Positions 22,001 through 34,780 of a stretch of 64,000 bases of DNA are shown here, in pieces. Positions within the stretch are counted from its first letter, which is position 1. Every line of letters begins with the position of its first letter. A model generated the notes under the pieces. The model was not told where the DNA came from. It searched no databases and saw only the letters and a list, made by a program, of their open reading frames with translations. The position numbers were made by a program, and so were the translations under genes. The stretch is from NCBI GenBank assembly GCA_040954595.2, contig CM082588.2, positions 11,607,398-11,671,397 on the forward strand, in the 5' to 3' direction. The DNA is from Balanoglossus misakiensis. Taxonomy: Eukaryota > Animalia > Hemichordata.

Positions 22001-25000
22001 TGCTCCATAATATTTCCGAAAAAATAAGAAAAGAGTTATTTTTTATGATTTTTTAAAAATTTACCATTTTGTAAAAATATGGCCAAAATGGCTATTTTTT
22101 CTTGAATTCCGTCAATATCTCTGCATTTTTGGAGTGGTCGAAAGTCTTAACATACAATCAACATGTCATATATGATCAGGGCACCAAATTCGAAGAACAA
22201 AGGTTTTTTTGTTTTATTTTTTCTAAAAATGACATTTTCAAGGAAAATTTGGTAAAACGCAATTTTGTCTGCAGTGAGCCAAATTAGACGGTCTTTGTGG
22301 AATTTGTATCGATATATACATACGAAGAGCATTCTATACTCCATCAGATTTCCGAAAATGTAGAAAACAGGTATTTTTTGTAATTTTCAAAAATTTACCA
22401 TTTTGACCAAATTGTGGCTAAAATTGTTATTTTCGTGTTGAATGCCGCCAGTGTCATTGCTTTTAAAAGTCATAAAAACTTTTAACATACAAGCAATTGT
22501 TTATATATGATCAGGTCACCGAATTAATAAAATAAAGAATGTTTTGCCTAAAAATGACCTTTTTGGTGCAAAAACGAATAAAACGCAATTTTGTATTAAA
22601 TCAGCTCATTCAGAGTGCATTTTTTATAATCAGCACCATGTTTACAAATAATGGAAATTTCATACATCATCAGATATCCAAATATGAAAAAATGATTTAG
22701 ATTTTAGATGATTGTCCAAAATTAGCTGATATCTAATAAATGTAGTATTGAACCGTTCTGTTCCCCCCCCCCCCCTACATTATATGCGGTACGCCGATGT
22801 GAGCTTACCCGGCAGTACTGCAGGCCGTGCCCCCAACTAACGTCGGTGTTTGAAGCGCCCTGGTTAAATTCGGGCTTTCTCTATAAATTGACAGGCAATA
22901 ATGCAGTCCTACCCGAACAAATGTCGAGTGTTGACCCGCTGTGACTTTCCCTCTTCGGTTTGCCCGACTTAGCCAACGTCTTTGTACTAGAGTGTCGGGT
23001 CTTTTGCAGAGCCAGGCCGAAGGAAATCCGACTTGATCACCGTTGCTAACGAACGCTAGTGTCTGTCATGGTGTGCCGGGGTTTTAGTCGAGCCAGGCCG
23101 TAGGAGATCTGACTTGATCATCGTGGTCAATGTACGCGTGTTTCCGCTCTAAAGTGCCGGGGCTTCAGCTAAACCAGGCCGTAGGAAATCCGACGTAATC
23201 ACCATTGATAAGTTACGCCAGTCTGTGTCATATAGAGCCGGTGCACCAGCCGAGTCACGCCGTAAGAAATCTGACTTGATCAACGTGGTCAATGTACGCC
23301 TGTTTCTGCTCTAGAGTGCCGGGGCTTCAGCTGAGCCAGGCCGTAGGAAACCCGACGTGATTACCGTTGTTAACTTACGCCAGTCTGTGTCCTATATATA
23401 GTGCCGGGGCATCAGCTGTGCCAGGCCGAAGGAAATGTGAGTAGATCAACGTGGTCTCTGTACGCGTGTTTCTGCTCTAGAGTGCCAGGGCCAAGCCATG
23501 CCGTAGGAAATCTGACTTAATCAACGTTGCTAACGAACGCTAGTGTCTGTCATAGTGTGCCGGGGTTTTAGTCGAGCCAAGCCGTAGGAGATCAGACTTG
23601 ATCAACGTGCTCTCTGTACGCGTGTTTCTGCTCTAGAGTGCCGGGGCTTTATCCAAGCCATGCCGTAGAAAATCTGACTTGATCACCGTTGCTAACGTAC
23701 GCTAGTGTCTGTCATATTGTGACGGAGATTTAGCCGAGCCAGGCAGTAGAAAAATCGACTTGTTCAACGTTACCAGTGTGCAACTGTTTCTGCTCTAGAG
23801 TGTCAGGGTTTTAGCCGACTTATGCTGTAGGAAATCTGAGTTGATGAACGGGAATTCAATGTTAGAAAACCCGTGTGGAAAGTATCTCTACCCGTTTGAA
23901 ACTAAGAAAAGAATTTATTCTTATTTATTTTGTAAAAAAGACAATTTTTCGAAAACAAGTCGAAAATGGTAATTTTGTCTTGGGTGATTTAAATTATACC
24001 GCCTTTTCTGGAATTTGCAGCACTTTTTACAAGAGAACGACACTTCATGCTCCATAATATTTCCGAAAAAATAAGAAAAGAGTTATTTTTTATGATTTTT
24101 TAAAAATTTACCATTTTGTCAAAATATGGCCAAAATGGCTATTTTTTCTTGAATTCCGTCAATATCTCTGCATTTTTGGAGTGGTCGAAAGTCTTAACAT
24201 ACAATCAACATGTCATATATGATCAGGGCACCAAATTCGAAGAACAAAGGTTTTTTTATTTTATTTTTTCTAAAAATGACATTTTCAAGGAAAATTTGGT
24301 AAAACGCAATTTTGTCTGCAGTGAGCCAAATTAGACGGTCTTTTGTGGAATTTGTATCGATATATACATACGAAGAGCATTCTATACTCCATCAGATTTC
24401 CGAAAATGTAGAAAACAGGTTTTTTTTTGTAATTTTCAAAAATTTACCATTTTGACCAAATTGTGGCTAAAATTGTTATTTTCGTGTTGAATGCCGCCAG
24501 TGTCATTGCTTTTAAAAGTCATAAAAACTTTTAACATACAAGCAATTGTTTATATATGATCAGGTCACCGAATTAATAAAATAAAGAATGTTTTGCCTAA
24601 AAATGACCTTTTTGGTGCAAAAACGAATAAAACGCAATTTTGTATTAAATCAGCTCATTCAGAGTGCATTTTTTATAATCAGCACCATGTTTACAAATAA
24701 TGGAAATTTCATACATCATCAGATATCCAAATATGAAAAAATGATTTAGATTTTAGATGATTGTCCAAAATTAGCTGATATCTAATAAATGTAGTATTGA
24801 ACCGTTCTGTTCCCCCCCCCCCTACATTATATGCGGTACGCCGATGTGAGCTTACCCGGCAGTACTGCAGGCCGTGCCCCCAACTAACGTCGGTGTTTGA
24901 AGCGCCCTGGTTAAATTCGGGCTTTCTCTATAAATTGACAGGCAATAATGCAGTCCTACCCGAACAAATGTCGAGTGTTGACCCGCTGTGACTTTCCCTC

Positions 25001-28000
25001 TTCGGTTTGCCCGACTTAGCCAACGTCTTTGTACTAGAGTGTCGGGTCTTTTGCAGAGCCAGGCCGAAGGAAATCCGACTTGATCACCGTTGCTAACGAA
25101 CGCTAGTGTCTGTCATGGTGTGCCGGGGTTTTAGTCGAGCCAGGCCGTAGGAGATCTGACTTGATCATCGTGGTCAATGTACGCGTGTTTCCGCTCTAAA
25201 GTGCCGGGGCTTCAGCTAAACCAGGCCGTAGGAAATCCGACGTAATCACCATTGATAAGTTACGCCAGTCTGTGTCATATAGAGCCGGTGCACCAGCCGA
25301 GTCACGCCGTAAGAAATCTGACTTGATCAACGTGGTCAATGTACGCCTGTTTCTGCTCTAGAGTGCCGGGGCTTCAGCTGAGCCAGGCCGTAGGAAACCC
25401 GACGTGATTACCGTTGTTAACTTACGCCAGTCTGTGTCCTATATATAGTGCCGGGGCATCAGCTGTGCCAGGCCGAAGGAAATGTGAGTAGATCAACGTG
25501 GTCTCTGTACGCGTGTTTCTGCTCTAGAGTGCCAGGGCCAAGCCATGCCGTAGGAAATCTGACTTAATCAACGTTGCTAACGAACGCTAGTGTCTGTCAT
25601 AGTGTGCCGGGGTTTCAGTCGAGCCAAGCCGTAGGAGATCAGACTTGATCAACGTGGTCTCTGTACGCGTTTTTCTGCTCTAGAGTGCCGGGGCTTTATC
25701 CAAGCCATGCCGTAGAAAATCTGACTTGATGACCGTTGCTAACGTACGCTAGTGTCTGTCATATTGTGACGGACATTTAGCGGAGCCAGGCCGTAGAAAA
25801 ATCGACTTGTTCAACGTTACCAGTGTGCAACTGTTTCTGCTCTAGAGTGTCAGGGTTTTAGCCGACTTATGCTGTAGGAAATCTGAGTTGATGAACGGGA
25901 ATTCAATGTTAGAAAACCCGTGTGGAAAGTATCTCTACCCGTTTCAAACTAAGAAAAGAATTTATTCTTATTTATTTTGTAAAAAAGACAATTTTTCGAA
26001 AAAAGGTCGTAATTTTGTCTTGGGTGATTTAAATTATACCGCCTTTTCTGGAATTTGCAGCACTTTTTACAAGAGAACGACACTTCATCCTCCATAATAT
26101 TTCCGAAAATGAAGAAAAGAGTTAATTTTTTAAGGTTTTTTAAAAATTTACCATTTTAGTCAAAATATGGCCAAAATGGCTATTTTTTCTTGAATTCCGT
26201 CAATATATCTGCATTATTGGAGTGGTCGAAAGTCTTAACATACAATCGACATGCCATATATGATCAGGGCACCAAATTCGAAGAACAAAGGTTTTTTTAT
26301 TTATTTTTTCTAAAAATGACATTTTCAAGGAAAATTTGGTAAAACGCAATTTTGTCTGCAGTGAGCCAAATTAGACGGTCTTTTGTGGAATTTGTATCGA
26401 TATATACATACGAAGAGCATTCTATACTCCATCAGATTTCCGAAAATGTAGAAAACAGGTATTTTTTGTAATTTTCAAAAATTTACCATTTTGACCAAAT
26501 TGTGGCTAAAATTGTTATTTTCGTGTTGAATGCCGCCAGTGTCATTGCTTTTAAAAGTCATAAAAACTTTTAACATACAAGCAATTGTTTATATATGATC
26601 AGGTCACCGAATTAATAAAATAAAGAATGTTTTGCCTAAAAATGACCTTTTTGGTGCAAAAACGAATAAAACGCAATTTTGTATTAAATCAGCTCATTCA
26701 GAGTGCATTTTTTATAATCAGCACCATGTTTACAAATAATGGAAATTTCATACATCATCAGATATCCAAATATGAAAAAATGATTTAGATTTTAGATGAT
26801 TGTCCAAAATTAGCTGATATCTAATAAATGTAGTATTGAACCGTTCTGTCCCCCCCCCCCTACATTATATGCGGTACGCCGATGTGAGCTTACCCGGCAG
26901 TACTGCAGGCCGTGCCCCCAACTAACGTCGGTGTTTGAAGCGCCCTGGTTAAATTCGGGCTTTCTCTATAAATTGACAGGCAATAATGCAGTCCTACCCG
27001 AACAAATGTCGAGTGTTGACCCGCTGTGACTTTCCCTCTTCGGTTTGCCCGACTTAGCCAACGTCTTTGTACTAGAGTGTCGGGTCTTTTGCAGAGCCAG
27101 GCCGAAGGAAATCCGACTTGATCACCGTTGCTAACGAACGCTAGTGTCTGTCATGGTGTGCCGGGGTTTTAGTCGAGCCAGGCCGTAGGAGATCTGACTT
27201 GATCATCGTGGTCAATGTACGCGTGTTTCCGCTCTAAAGTGCCGGGGCTTCAGCTAAACCAGGCCGTAGGAAATCCGACGTAATCACCATTGATAAGTTA
27301 CGCCAGTCTGTGTCATATAGAGCCGGTGCACCAGCCGAGTCACGCTGTAAGAAATCTGACTTGATCAACGTGGTCAATGTACGCCTGTTTCTGCTCTAGA
27401 GTGCCGGGGCTTCAGCTGAGCCAGGTCGTAGGAAACCCGACGTGATTACCGTTGTTAACTTACGCCAGTCTGTGTCCTATATATAGTGCCGGGGCATCAG
27501 CCGTGCCAGGCCGAAGGAAATGTGAGTAGATCAACGTGGTCTCTGTACGCGTGTTTCTGCTCTAGAGTGCCAGGGCCAAGCCATGCCGTAGGAAATCTGA
27601 CTTAATCAACGTTGCTAACGAACGCTAGTGTCTGTCATAGTGTGCCGGGGTTTCAGTCGAGCCAAGCCGTAGGAGATCAGACTTGATCAACGTGGTCTCT
27701 GTACGCGTTTTTCTGCTCTAGAGTGCCGGGGCTTTATCCAAGCCATGCCGTAGAAAATCTGACTTGATGACCGTTGCTAACGTACGCTAGTGTCTGTCAT
27801 ATTGTGACGGACATTTAGCGGAGCCAGGCCGTAGAAAAATCGACTTGTTCAACGTTACCAGTGTGCAACTGTTTCTGCTCTAGAGTGTCAGGGTTTTAGC
27901 CGACTTATGCTGTAGGAAATCTGAGTTGATGAACGGGAATTCAATGTTAGAAAACCCGTGTGGAAAGTATCTCTACCCGTTTCAAACTAAGAAAAGATTT

Positions 28001-30575
28001 TATTCTTATTTATTTTGTAAAAAAGACAATTTTTCGAAAAAAAGTCGTAATTTTGTCTTGGGTGATTTAAATTATACCGCCTTTTCTGGAATTTGCAGCA
28101 CTTTTTACAAGAGAACGACACTTCATGCTCCATAATATTTCCGAAAATGAAGAAAAGAGTTAATTTTTTAAGGTTTTTTAAAAATTTACCATTTTAGTCA
28201 AAATATGGCCAAAATGGCTATTTTTTCTTGAATTCCGTCAATATATCTGCATTTTTGGAGTGGTCGAAAGTCTTAACATACAATCATCATGCCATATATG
28301 AACAGGGCACCAAATTCGAAGAACAAAGGTTTTTTTATTTATTTTTTCTAAAAATGACATTTTCAAGGAAAATTTGGTAAAACGCAATTTTGTCTGCAGT
28401 GAGCCAAATTAGACGGTCTTTTGTGGAATTTGTATCGATATATACATACGAAGAGCATTCTATACTCCATCAGATTTCCGAAAATGTAGAAAACAGGTAT
28501 TTTTTGTAATTTTCAAAAATTTACCATTTTGACCAAATTGTGGCTAAAATTGTTATTTTCGTGTTGAATGCCGCCAGTGTCATTGCTTTTAAAAGTCATA
28601 AAAACTTTTAACATACAAGCAATTGTTTATATATGATCAGGTCACCGAATTAATAAAATAAAGAATGTTTTGCCTAAAAATGACCTTTTTGGTGCAAAAA
28701 CGAATAAAACGCAATTTTGTATTAAATCAGCTCATTCAGAGTGCATTTTTTATAATCAGCACCATGTTTACAAATAATGGAAATTTCATACATCATCAGA
28801 TATCCAAATATGAAAAAATGATTTAGATTTTAGATGATTGTCCAAAATTAGCTGATATCTAATAAATGTAGTATTGAACCGTTCTGTCCCCCCCCACTAC
28901 ATTATATGCGGTACGCCGATGTGAGCTTACCCGGCAGTACTGCAGGCCGTGCCCCCAACTAACGTCGGTGTTTGAAGCGCCCTGGTTAAATTCGGGCTTT
29001 CTCTATAAATTGACAGGCAATAATGCAGTCCTACCCGAACAAATGTCGAGTGTTGACCCGCTGTGACTTTCCCTCTTCGGTTTGCCCGACTTAGCCAACG
29101 TCTTTGTACTAGAGTGTCGGGTCTTTTGCAGAGCCAGGCCAAAGGAAATCCGACTTGATCACCGTTGCTAACGAACGCTAGTGTCTGTCATGGTGTGCCG
29201 GGGTTTTAGTCGAGCCAGGCCGTAGGAGATCTGACTTGATCATCGTGGTCAATGTACGCGTGTTTCCGCTCTAAAGTGCCGGGGCTTCAGCTAAACCAGG
29301 CCGTAGGAAATCCGACGTAATCACCATTGATAAGTTACGCCAGTCTGTGTCATATAGAGCCGGTGCACCAGCCGAGTCACGCCGTAAGAAATCTGACTTG
29401 ATCAACGTGGTCAATGTACGCCTGTTTCTGCTCTAGAGTGCCGGGGCTTCAGCTGAGCCAGGCCGTAGGAAACCCGACGTGATTACCGTTGTTAACTTAC
29501 GCCAGTCTGTGTCCTATATATAGTGCCGGGGCATCAGCCGTGCCAGGCCGAAGGAAATGTGAGTAGATCAACGTGGTCTCTGTACGCGTGTTTCTGCTCT
29601 AGAGTGCCAGGGCCAAGCCATGCCGTAGGAAATCTGACTTAATCAACGTTGCTAACGAACGCTAGTGTCTGTCATAGTGTGCCGGGGTTTCAGTCGAGCC
29701 AAGCCGTAGGAGATCAGACTTGATCAACGTGGTCTCTGTACGCGTTTTTCTGCTCTAGAGTGCCGGGGCTTTATCCAAGCCATGCCGTAGAAAATCTGAC
29801 TTGATGACCGTTGCTAACGTACGCTAGTGTCTGTCATATTGTGACGGACATTTAGCGGAGCCAGGCCGTAGAAAAATCGACTTGTTCAACGTTACCAGTG
29901 TGCAACTGTTTCTGCTCTAGAGTGTCAGGGTTTTAGCCGACTTATGCTGTAGGAAATCTGAGTTGATGAACGGGAATTCAATGTTAGAAAACCCGTGTGG
30001 AAAGTATCTCTACCCGTTTCAAACTAAGAAAAGAATTTATTGTTATTTATTTTGTAAAAAAGACAATTTTTCGAAAAAAAGTCGTAATTTTGTCTTGGGT
30101 GATTTAAATTATACCGCCTTTTCTGGAATTTGCAGCACTTTTTACAAGAGAACGACACTTCATGCTCCATAATATTTCCGAAAATGAAGAAAAGAGTTAA
30201 TTTTTTAAGGTTTTTTAAAAATTTACCATTTTAGTCAAAATATGGCCAAAATGGCTATTTTTTCTTGAATTCCGTCAATATATCTGCATTTTTGGAGTGG
30301 TCGAAAGTCTTAACATACAATCATCATGCCATATATGAACAGGGCACCAAATTCGAAGAACAAAGGTTTTTTTATTTATTTTTTCTAAAAATGACATTTT
30401 CAAGGAAAATTTGGTAAAACGCAATTTTGTCTGCAGTGAGCCAAATTAGACGGTCTTTTGTGGAATTTGTATCGATATATACATACGAAGAGCATTCTAT
30501 ACTCCATCAGATTTCCGAAAATGTAGAAAACAGGTATTTTTTGTAATTTTCAAAAATTTACAATTTTGACCAAAT
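19100..30575 (+). repeat. Macrosatellite array, ~5.6 forward units
   Basis: Recurrent markers at 19768, 21828, 23875, ~25920, ~27958, ~29995; period 2037-2060 bp. Confidence 0.96.
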
Positions 30576-32013
30576 TGTGGGGAAGTATCGTGGCAGTGAT
30601 CAATACTCCCTGGAGGGGGTTCGAGTATACTGACGTCGGAAAAGAAGCGAACGATTCAGTGCTAGGTAAAACACTGGTTTATTACCATCTGAATCCAACA
30701 ACAAAGTAACACCACAGAGCTCCTTAGAAAATGCTGCCCGAAAGCGCCAAAACTGGGTTATATATAAGTCCCACGAACGCCGGAGCAAACACTCAAAAAT
30801 TACAATAAATCTGCTACAAGTATAAAGTTTGGCGGGAAACAAAGTCAACTCTGATAGGGTAAGAGTTTCCGTCACGTGATCCTTCTGGAGTAAATCTCTC
30901 ACTTCTCCATATTCTCCCCCGCGCAAAGGAAAGTCTCGAAAATCGTCAGAAAAAAAAACATCAAATAACATGAAATATGATTAAAGTCACCTAAAGTGTT
31001 CAAGGATAATAAACTAATGTTCATTGTGTCAGTAAACATGATAACAGTCACAATGCGATCGAAATTGTTTTCCTATTTCAAAGTCAAATAGAGAGATCCG
31101 CTATTCGTACTCGAGCGGCAACTGCAGAGTCTCTGACAGGTCGTCTCGGGGGTACAACATCCGCCTTCACCGAGGAATCTTCAGAGGCTCCAGCTGTGTC
31201 GACTGTTTCAGTATTCGTGTTGGAATCTGCTCCAATACCTGTATTATCTCCAGACACAGTTGACAGCTCCTTGGAGACAACTTCCAATGGGTACAATTTA
31301 TGGATAGGTCGGTTTGTAGGACCACCTGCGGTGTTCAACTCCGCAGATCGTACCAGTTTATCATTACCGAAGATCAACCTTGTTACAGTTCCTAAATGCC
31401 ATTTCGGACGTTTGTCAGTGTCACTGTGTATTATCACGACATCTCCGACCTTGATGACATTATCACGAGTTCCTTTGGTGGGATGTCGTTCACGTAGGGC
31501 AGTCAGATAATCGGACGACCATCTTCGCCAAAATTGATCGTGTAATCTTGATAGATATTCATATCTTTTGTTGATTTCACGATTATCACAGTAAGATGGG
31601 TCAATCACCTCTTCGTCGGTGATCTCGATGTACGGCAATGATGTCAGTGTCCTGCCATGTAGCAAGTGATTTGGGGTCAATCCAATGTTGTCGTTTATAC
31701 TGGATGACACGTACGTTAACGGCCTGTCGTTTAAAACGGCTTCAATTTCAGTCACAACTGTTGCGAGTTCATCAAAGGTTAGGTAAGCTCGACCGAGAGT
31801 TTTCCTAATAGCGTTCTTTGTCAAAGCAATCAGCCTCTCCCAGAAGCCACCAAACCAGGGCGCGCGCTTCGGTATAAACGTCCATTGTACACGATGTGCG
31901 GCGAGAAAGTCATTTACTTCTGGCGTATCAAACAGTGTTTTGATTTCATTGGCAGCCGATAAATAAGTCGATGCGTTGTCTGACAGCATCCTACTCGGCA
32001 AAGAACGTCTCGC
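30576..32013 (-). mobile_element. 3' fragment of a second BEL/Pao family (family B): integrase C-half, PPT and 336 bp LTR
   Basis: ORF 31084-32001 with SDNA, APWFGGFWERL, EAVLNDRPL, LTPNHLL, RPIHKLYPLE; PPT gcgggggagaa; LTR 30576-30911. Confidence 0.93.
31084..32001 (-). pseudogene. BEL integrase core C-terminal half, 5'-truncated
   Basis: SDN (second D) and WER (E) catalytic motifs; the N-terminus is fused to satellite. Confidence 0.9.
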
Positions 32014-34780
32014 TCTAAAGTGCCGGGGCTTCAGCTAAACCAGGCCGTAGGAAATCCGACGTAATCACCGTTGATAACTTACGCCAGTCTGTGTCATATA
32101 GAGCCGGTGCACCAGCCGAGTCACGCCGTAGGAAATCTGACTTGATCAACGTGGTCAATGTACGCCTGTTTCTGCTCTAGAGTGCCGGGGCTTCAGCTGA
32201 GCCAGGCCGTAGGAAACCCGACGTGATTACCGTTGTTAACTTACGCCAGTCTGTGTCCTATATATAGTGCCGGGGCATCAGCCGTGCCAGGCCGAAGGAA
32301 ATGTGAGTAGATCAACGTGGTCTCTGTACGCGTGTTTCTGCTCTAGAGTGCCAGGGCTTTAGCCAAGCCATGCCGTAGGAAATCTGACTTGATCAACGTT
32401 GTCTTTTTTACAAAATAAATAAGAATAAATTCTTTTCTTAGTTTCAAACGGGTAGAGATACTTTCCACACGGGAGACCACGTTGATCTACTCACATTTCC
32501 TTCGGCCTGACACGGCTGATGCCCCGGCACTATATATAGGACACAGACTTGATCAACGTGGTCTCTGTATGCGTGTTTCTGCTCTAGAGTGCCGGGGCTT
32601 TATCCAAGCCATGCCGTAGAAAATCTGACTTGATCACCGTTGCTAACGTACGCTAGTGTCTGTCATATTTTGACGGAGATTTCGCCGAGCCAGGCCGTAG
32701 AAAAATCGACTTGTTCAACGTTACCAGTGTGCAACTGTTTCTGCTCTAGAGTGTCAGGGTTTTAGCCGACTTATGCTGTAGGAAATCTGAGTTGATGAAC
32801 GGGAATTCAATGTTAGAAAACCCGTGTGGAAAGTATCTCTACCCGTTTCAAACTAAGAAAAGAATTTATTCTTATTTATTTTGTAAAAAAGACAATTTTT
32901 CGGAAAATGTCGAAAATGGTAATTTTGACTCGGGTGATTCAAATTATACCGCCTTTTCTGGAATTTGCAGCACTTTTTACAAGAGAACGACACTTCATGC
33001 TCCATAATATTTCCGAAAATGAAGAAAAGAGTTAATTTTTTAAGATTTTTTTAAAATTTACCATTTTTGTCAAAATATGGCCAAAATGGCTATTTTTTCT
33101 TGACTTCCGTCAATATCTCTGCATTTTTGGAGTGGTCGAAAGTTTTAACATACAATCAACATGTCATATATGATCAGGGCACCAAATTCGAAGAACAAAG
33201 GTTTTTTTATTTTTTTTCTAAAAATGACATTTTCAAGGAAAATTTGGTAAAACGCAATTTGTCTGCAGTGAGCCAAATTAGACGGTCTTTTGTGGAATTT
33301 GTATCGATATATATAGATACGAAGAGCATTCTATACTCCATCAGATTTCCGAAAATGTAGAAAACAGGTATTTTTTGTAATTTTCAAAAATTTACCATTT
33401 TGACCAAATTGTGGCTAAAATTGTTATTTTCGTGTTGAATGCCGCCAGTGTCACTGCTTTTAAAAGTCAGAAAAACTTTTAACATACAAGCAATTGTTTA
33501 TATATGATCAGGTCACCAAATTAAAAAATAAAGAATGTTTTGCCTAAAAATGACCTTTTTGGTGCAAAAACGAATAAAACGCAATTTTGTATTAAATCAG
33601 CTCATTCAGAGTGCATTTTTATAATCAGCACCATTTTTACATATAATGGAAATTTCATACATCATCAGATATCCAAATATGAAAAAATGATTTAGATTTT
33701 AGATGATTGTCCAAAATTAGCTGATATCTGATAAATGTAGCATTGAACCGTTCTGTCCCCCCCCCCCCCCCCCTACATTACATGCGGTACGCCGATGTCA
33801 GCTTACCCGGCAGTACTGCAGGCCGTGCCCCCAACTAACGTCGGTGTTTGAAACGCCCTGGTTAAATTCGAGCTTTCTCTATAAATTGACAGGCAATAAT
33901 GCAGTCCTACCCGAACAAATGTCGAGTGTTGACCCCCTGTGACTTTCCCTCTTCGGTTTGCCCGACTTAGCCAACGTCTTTGTACTAGAGTGTCAGGTCT
34001 TTTGCAGAGCCAGGCCGAAGGAAATCCGATTTGATCACCGTTGCTAACGAACGCTAGTGTCTGTCATATTGTGCCGGGGTTTTAGTCGAGCCAGGCCGTA
34101 GGAGATCTGACTTGATCATCGTGGTCAATGTACGCGTGTTTCCGCTCTAAAGTGCCGGGGCTTCAGCTAAACCAGGCCGTAGGAAATCCGACGTAATCAC
34201 CGTTGATAACTTACGCCAGTCTGTGTCATATAGAGCCGGTGCACCAGCCGAGTCACGCCGTAGGAAATCTGACTTGATCAACGTGGTCAATGTACGCCTG
34301 TTTCTGCTCTAGAGTGCCGGGGCTTCAGCTGAGCCAGGCCGTAGGAAACCCGACGTGATTACCGTTGTTAACTTACGCCAGTCTGTGTCCTATATATAGT
34401 GCCGGGGCATCAGCCGTGCCAGGCCGAAGGAAATGTGAGTAGATCAACGTGGTCTCTGTACGCGTGTTTCTGCTCTACAGTGCCAGGGCTTTAGCCAAGC
34501 CATGCCGTAGGAAATCTGACTTGATCAACGTTGCTAACGAACGCTAATGTCTGTCATAGTGTGCCAGGGTTTCAGTCGAGCCAAGCCGTAGGAGATCAGA
34601 CTTGATCAACGTGGTCTCTGTACGCGTGTTTCTGCTCTAGAGTGCCGGGGCTTTATCCAAGCCATGCCGTAGAAAATCTGACTTGATCACCGTTGCTAAC
34701 ATACGCTAGTGTCTGTCATATTGTGACGGAGATTTAGCCGAGCCAGGCCCTAGAAAAATCGACTTGTTCAACGTTACCAG
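32011..34780 (+). repeat. Macrosatellite forward units including a small complex inversion at 32401-32549
   Basis: 81 bp subrepeats and AT domain; marker at ~32817. Confidence 0.94.

Noticed and set aside
30600-30971. 123 aa ORF (also 43176-43547) as an env-like or accessory gene
   Set aside because: Runs across the PPT and LTR of BEL-B, has no domain features, and its two copies are just the duplication
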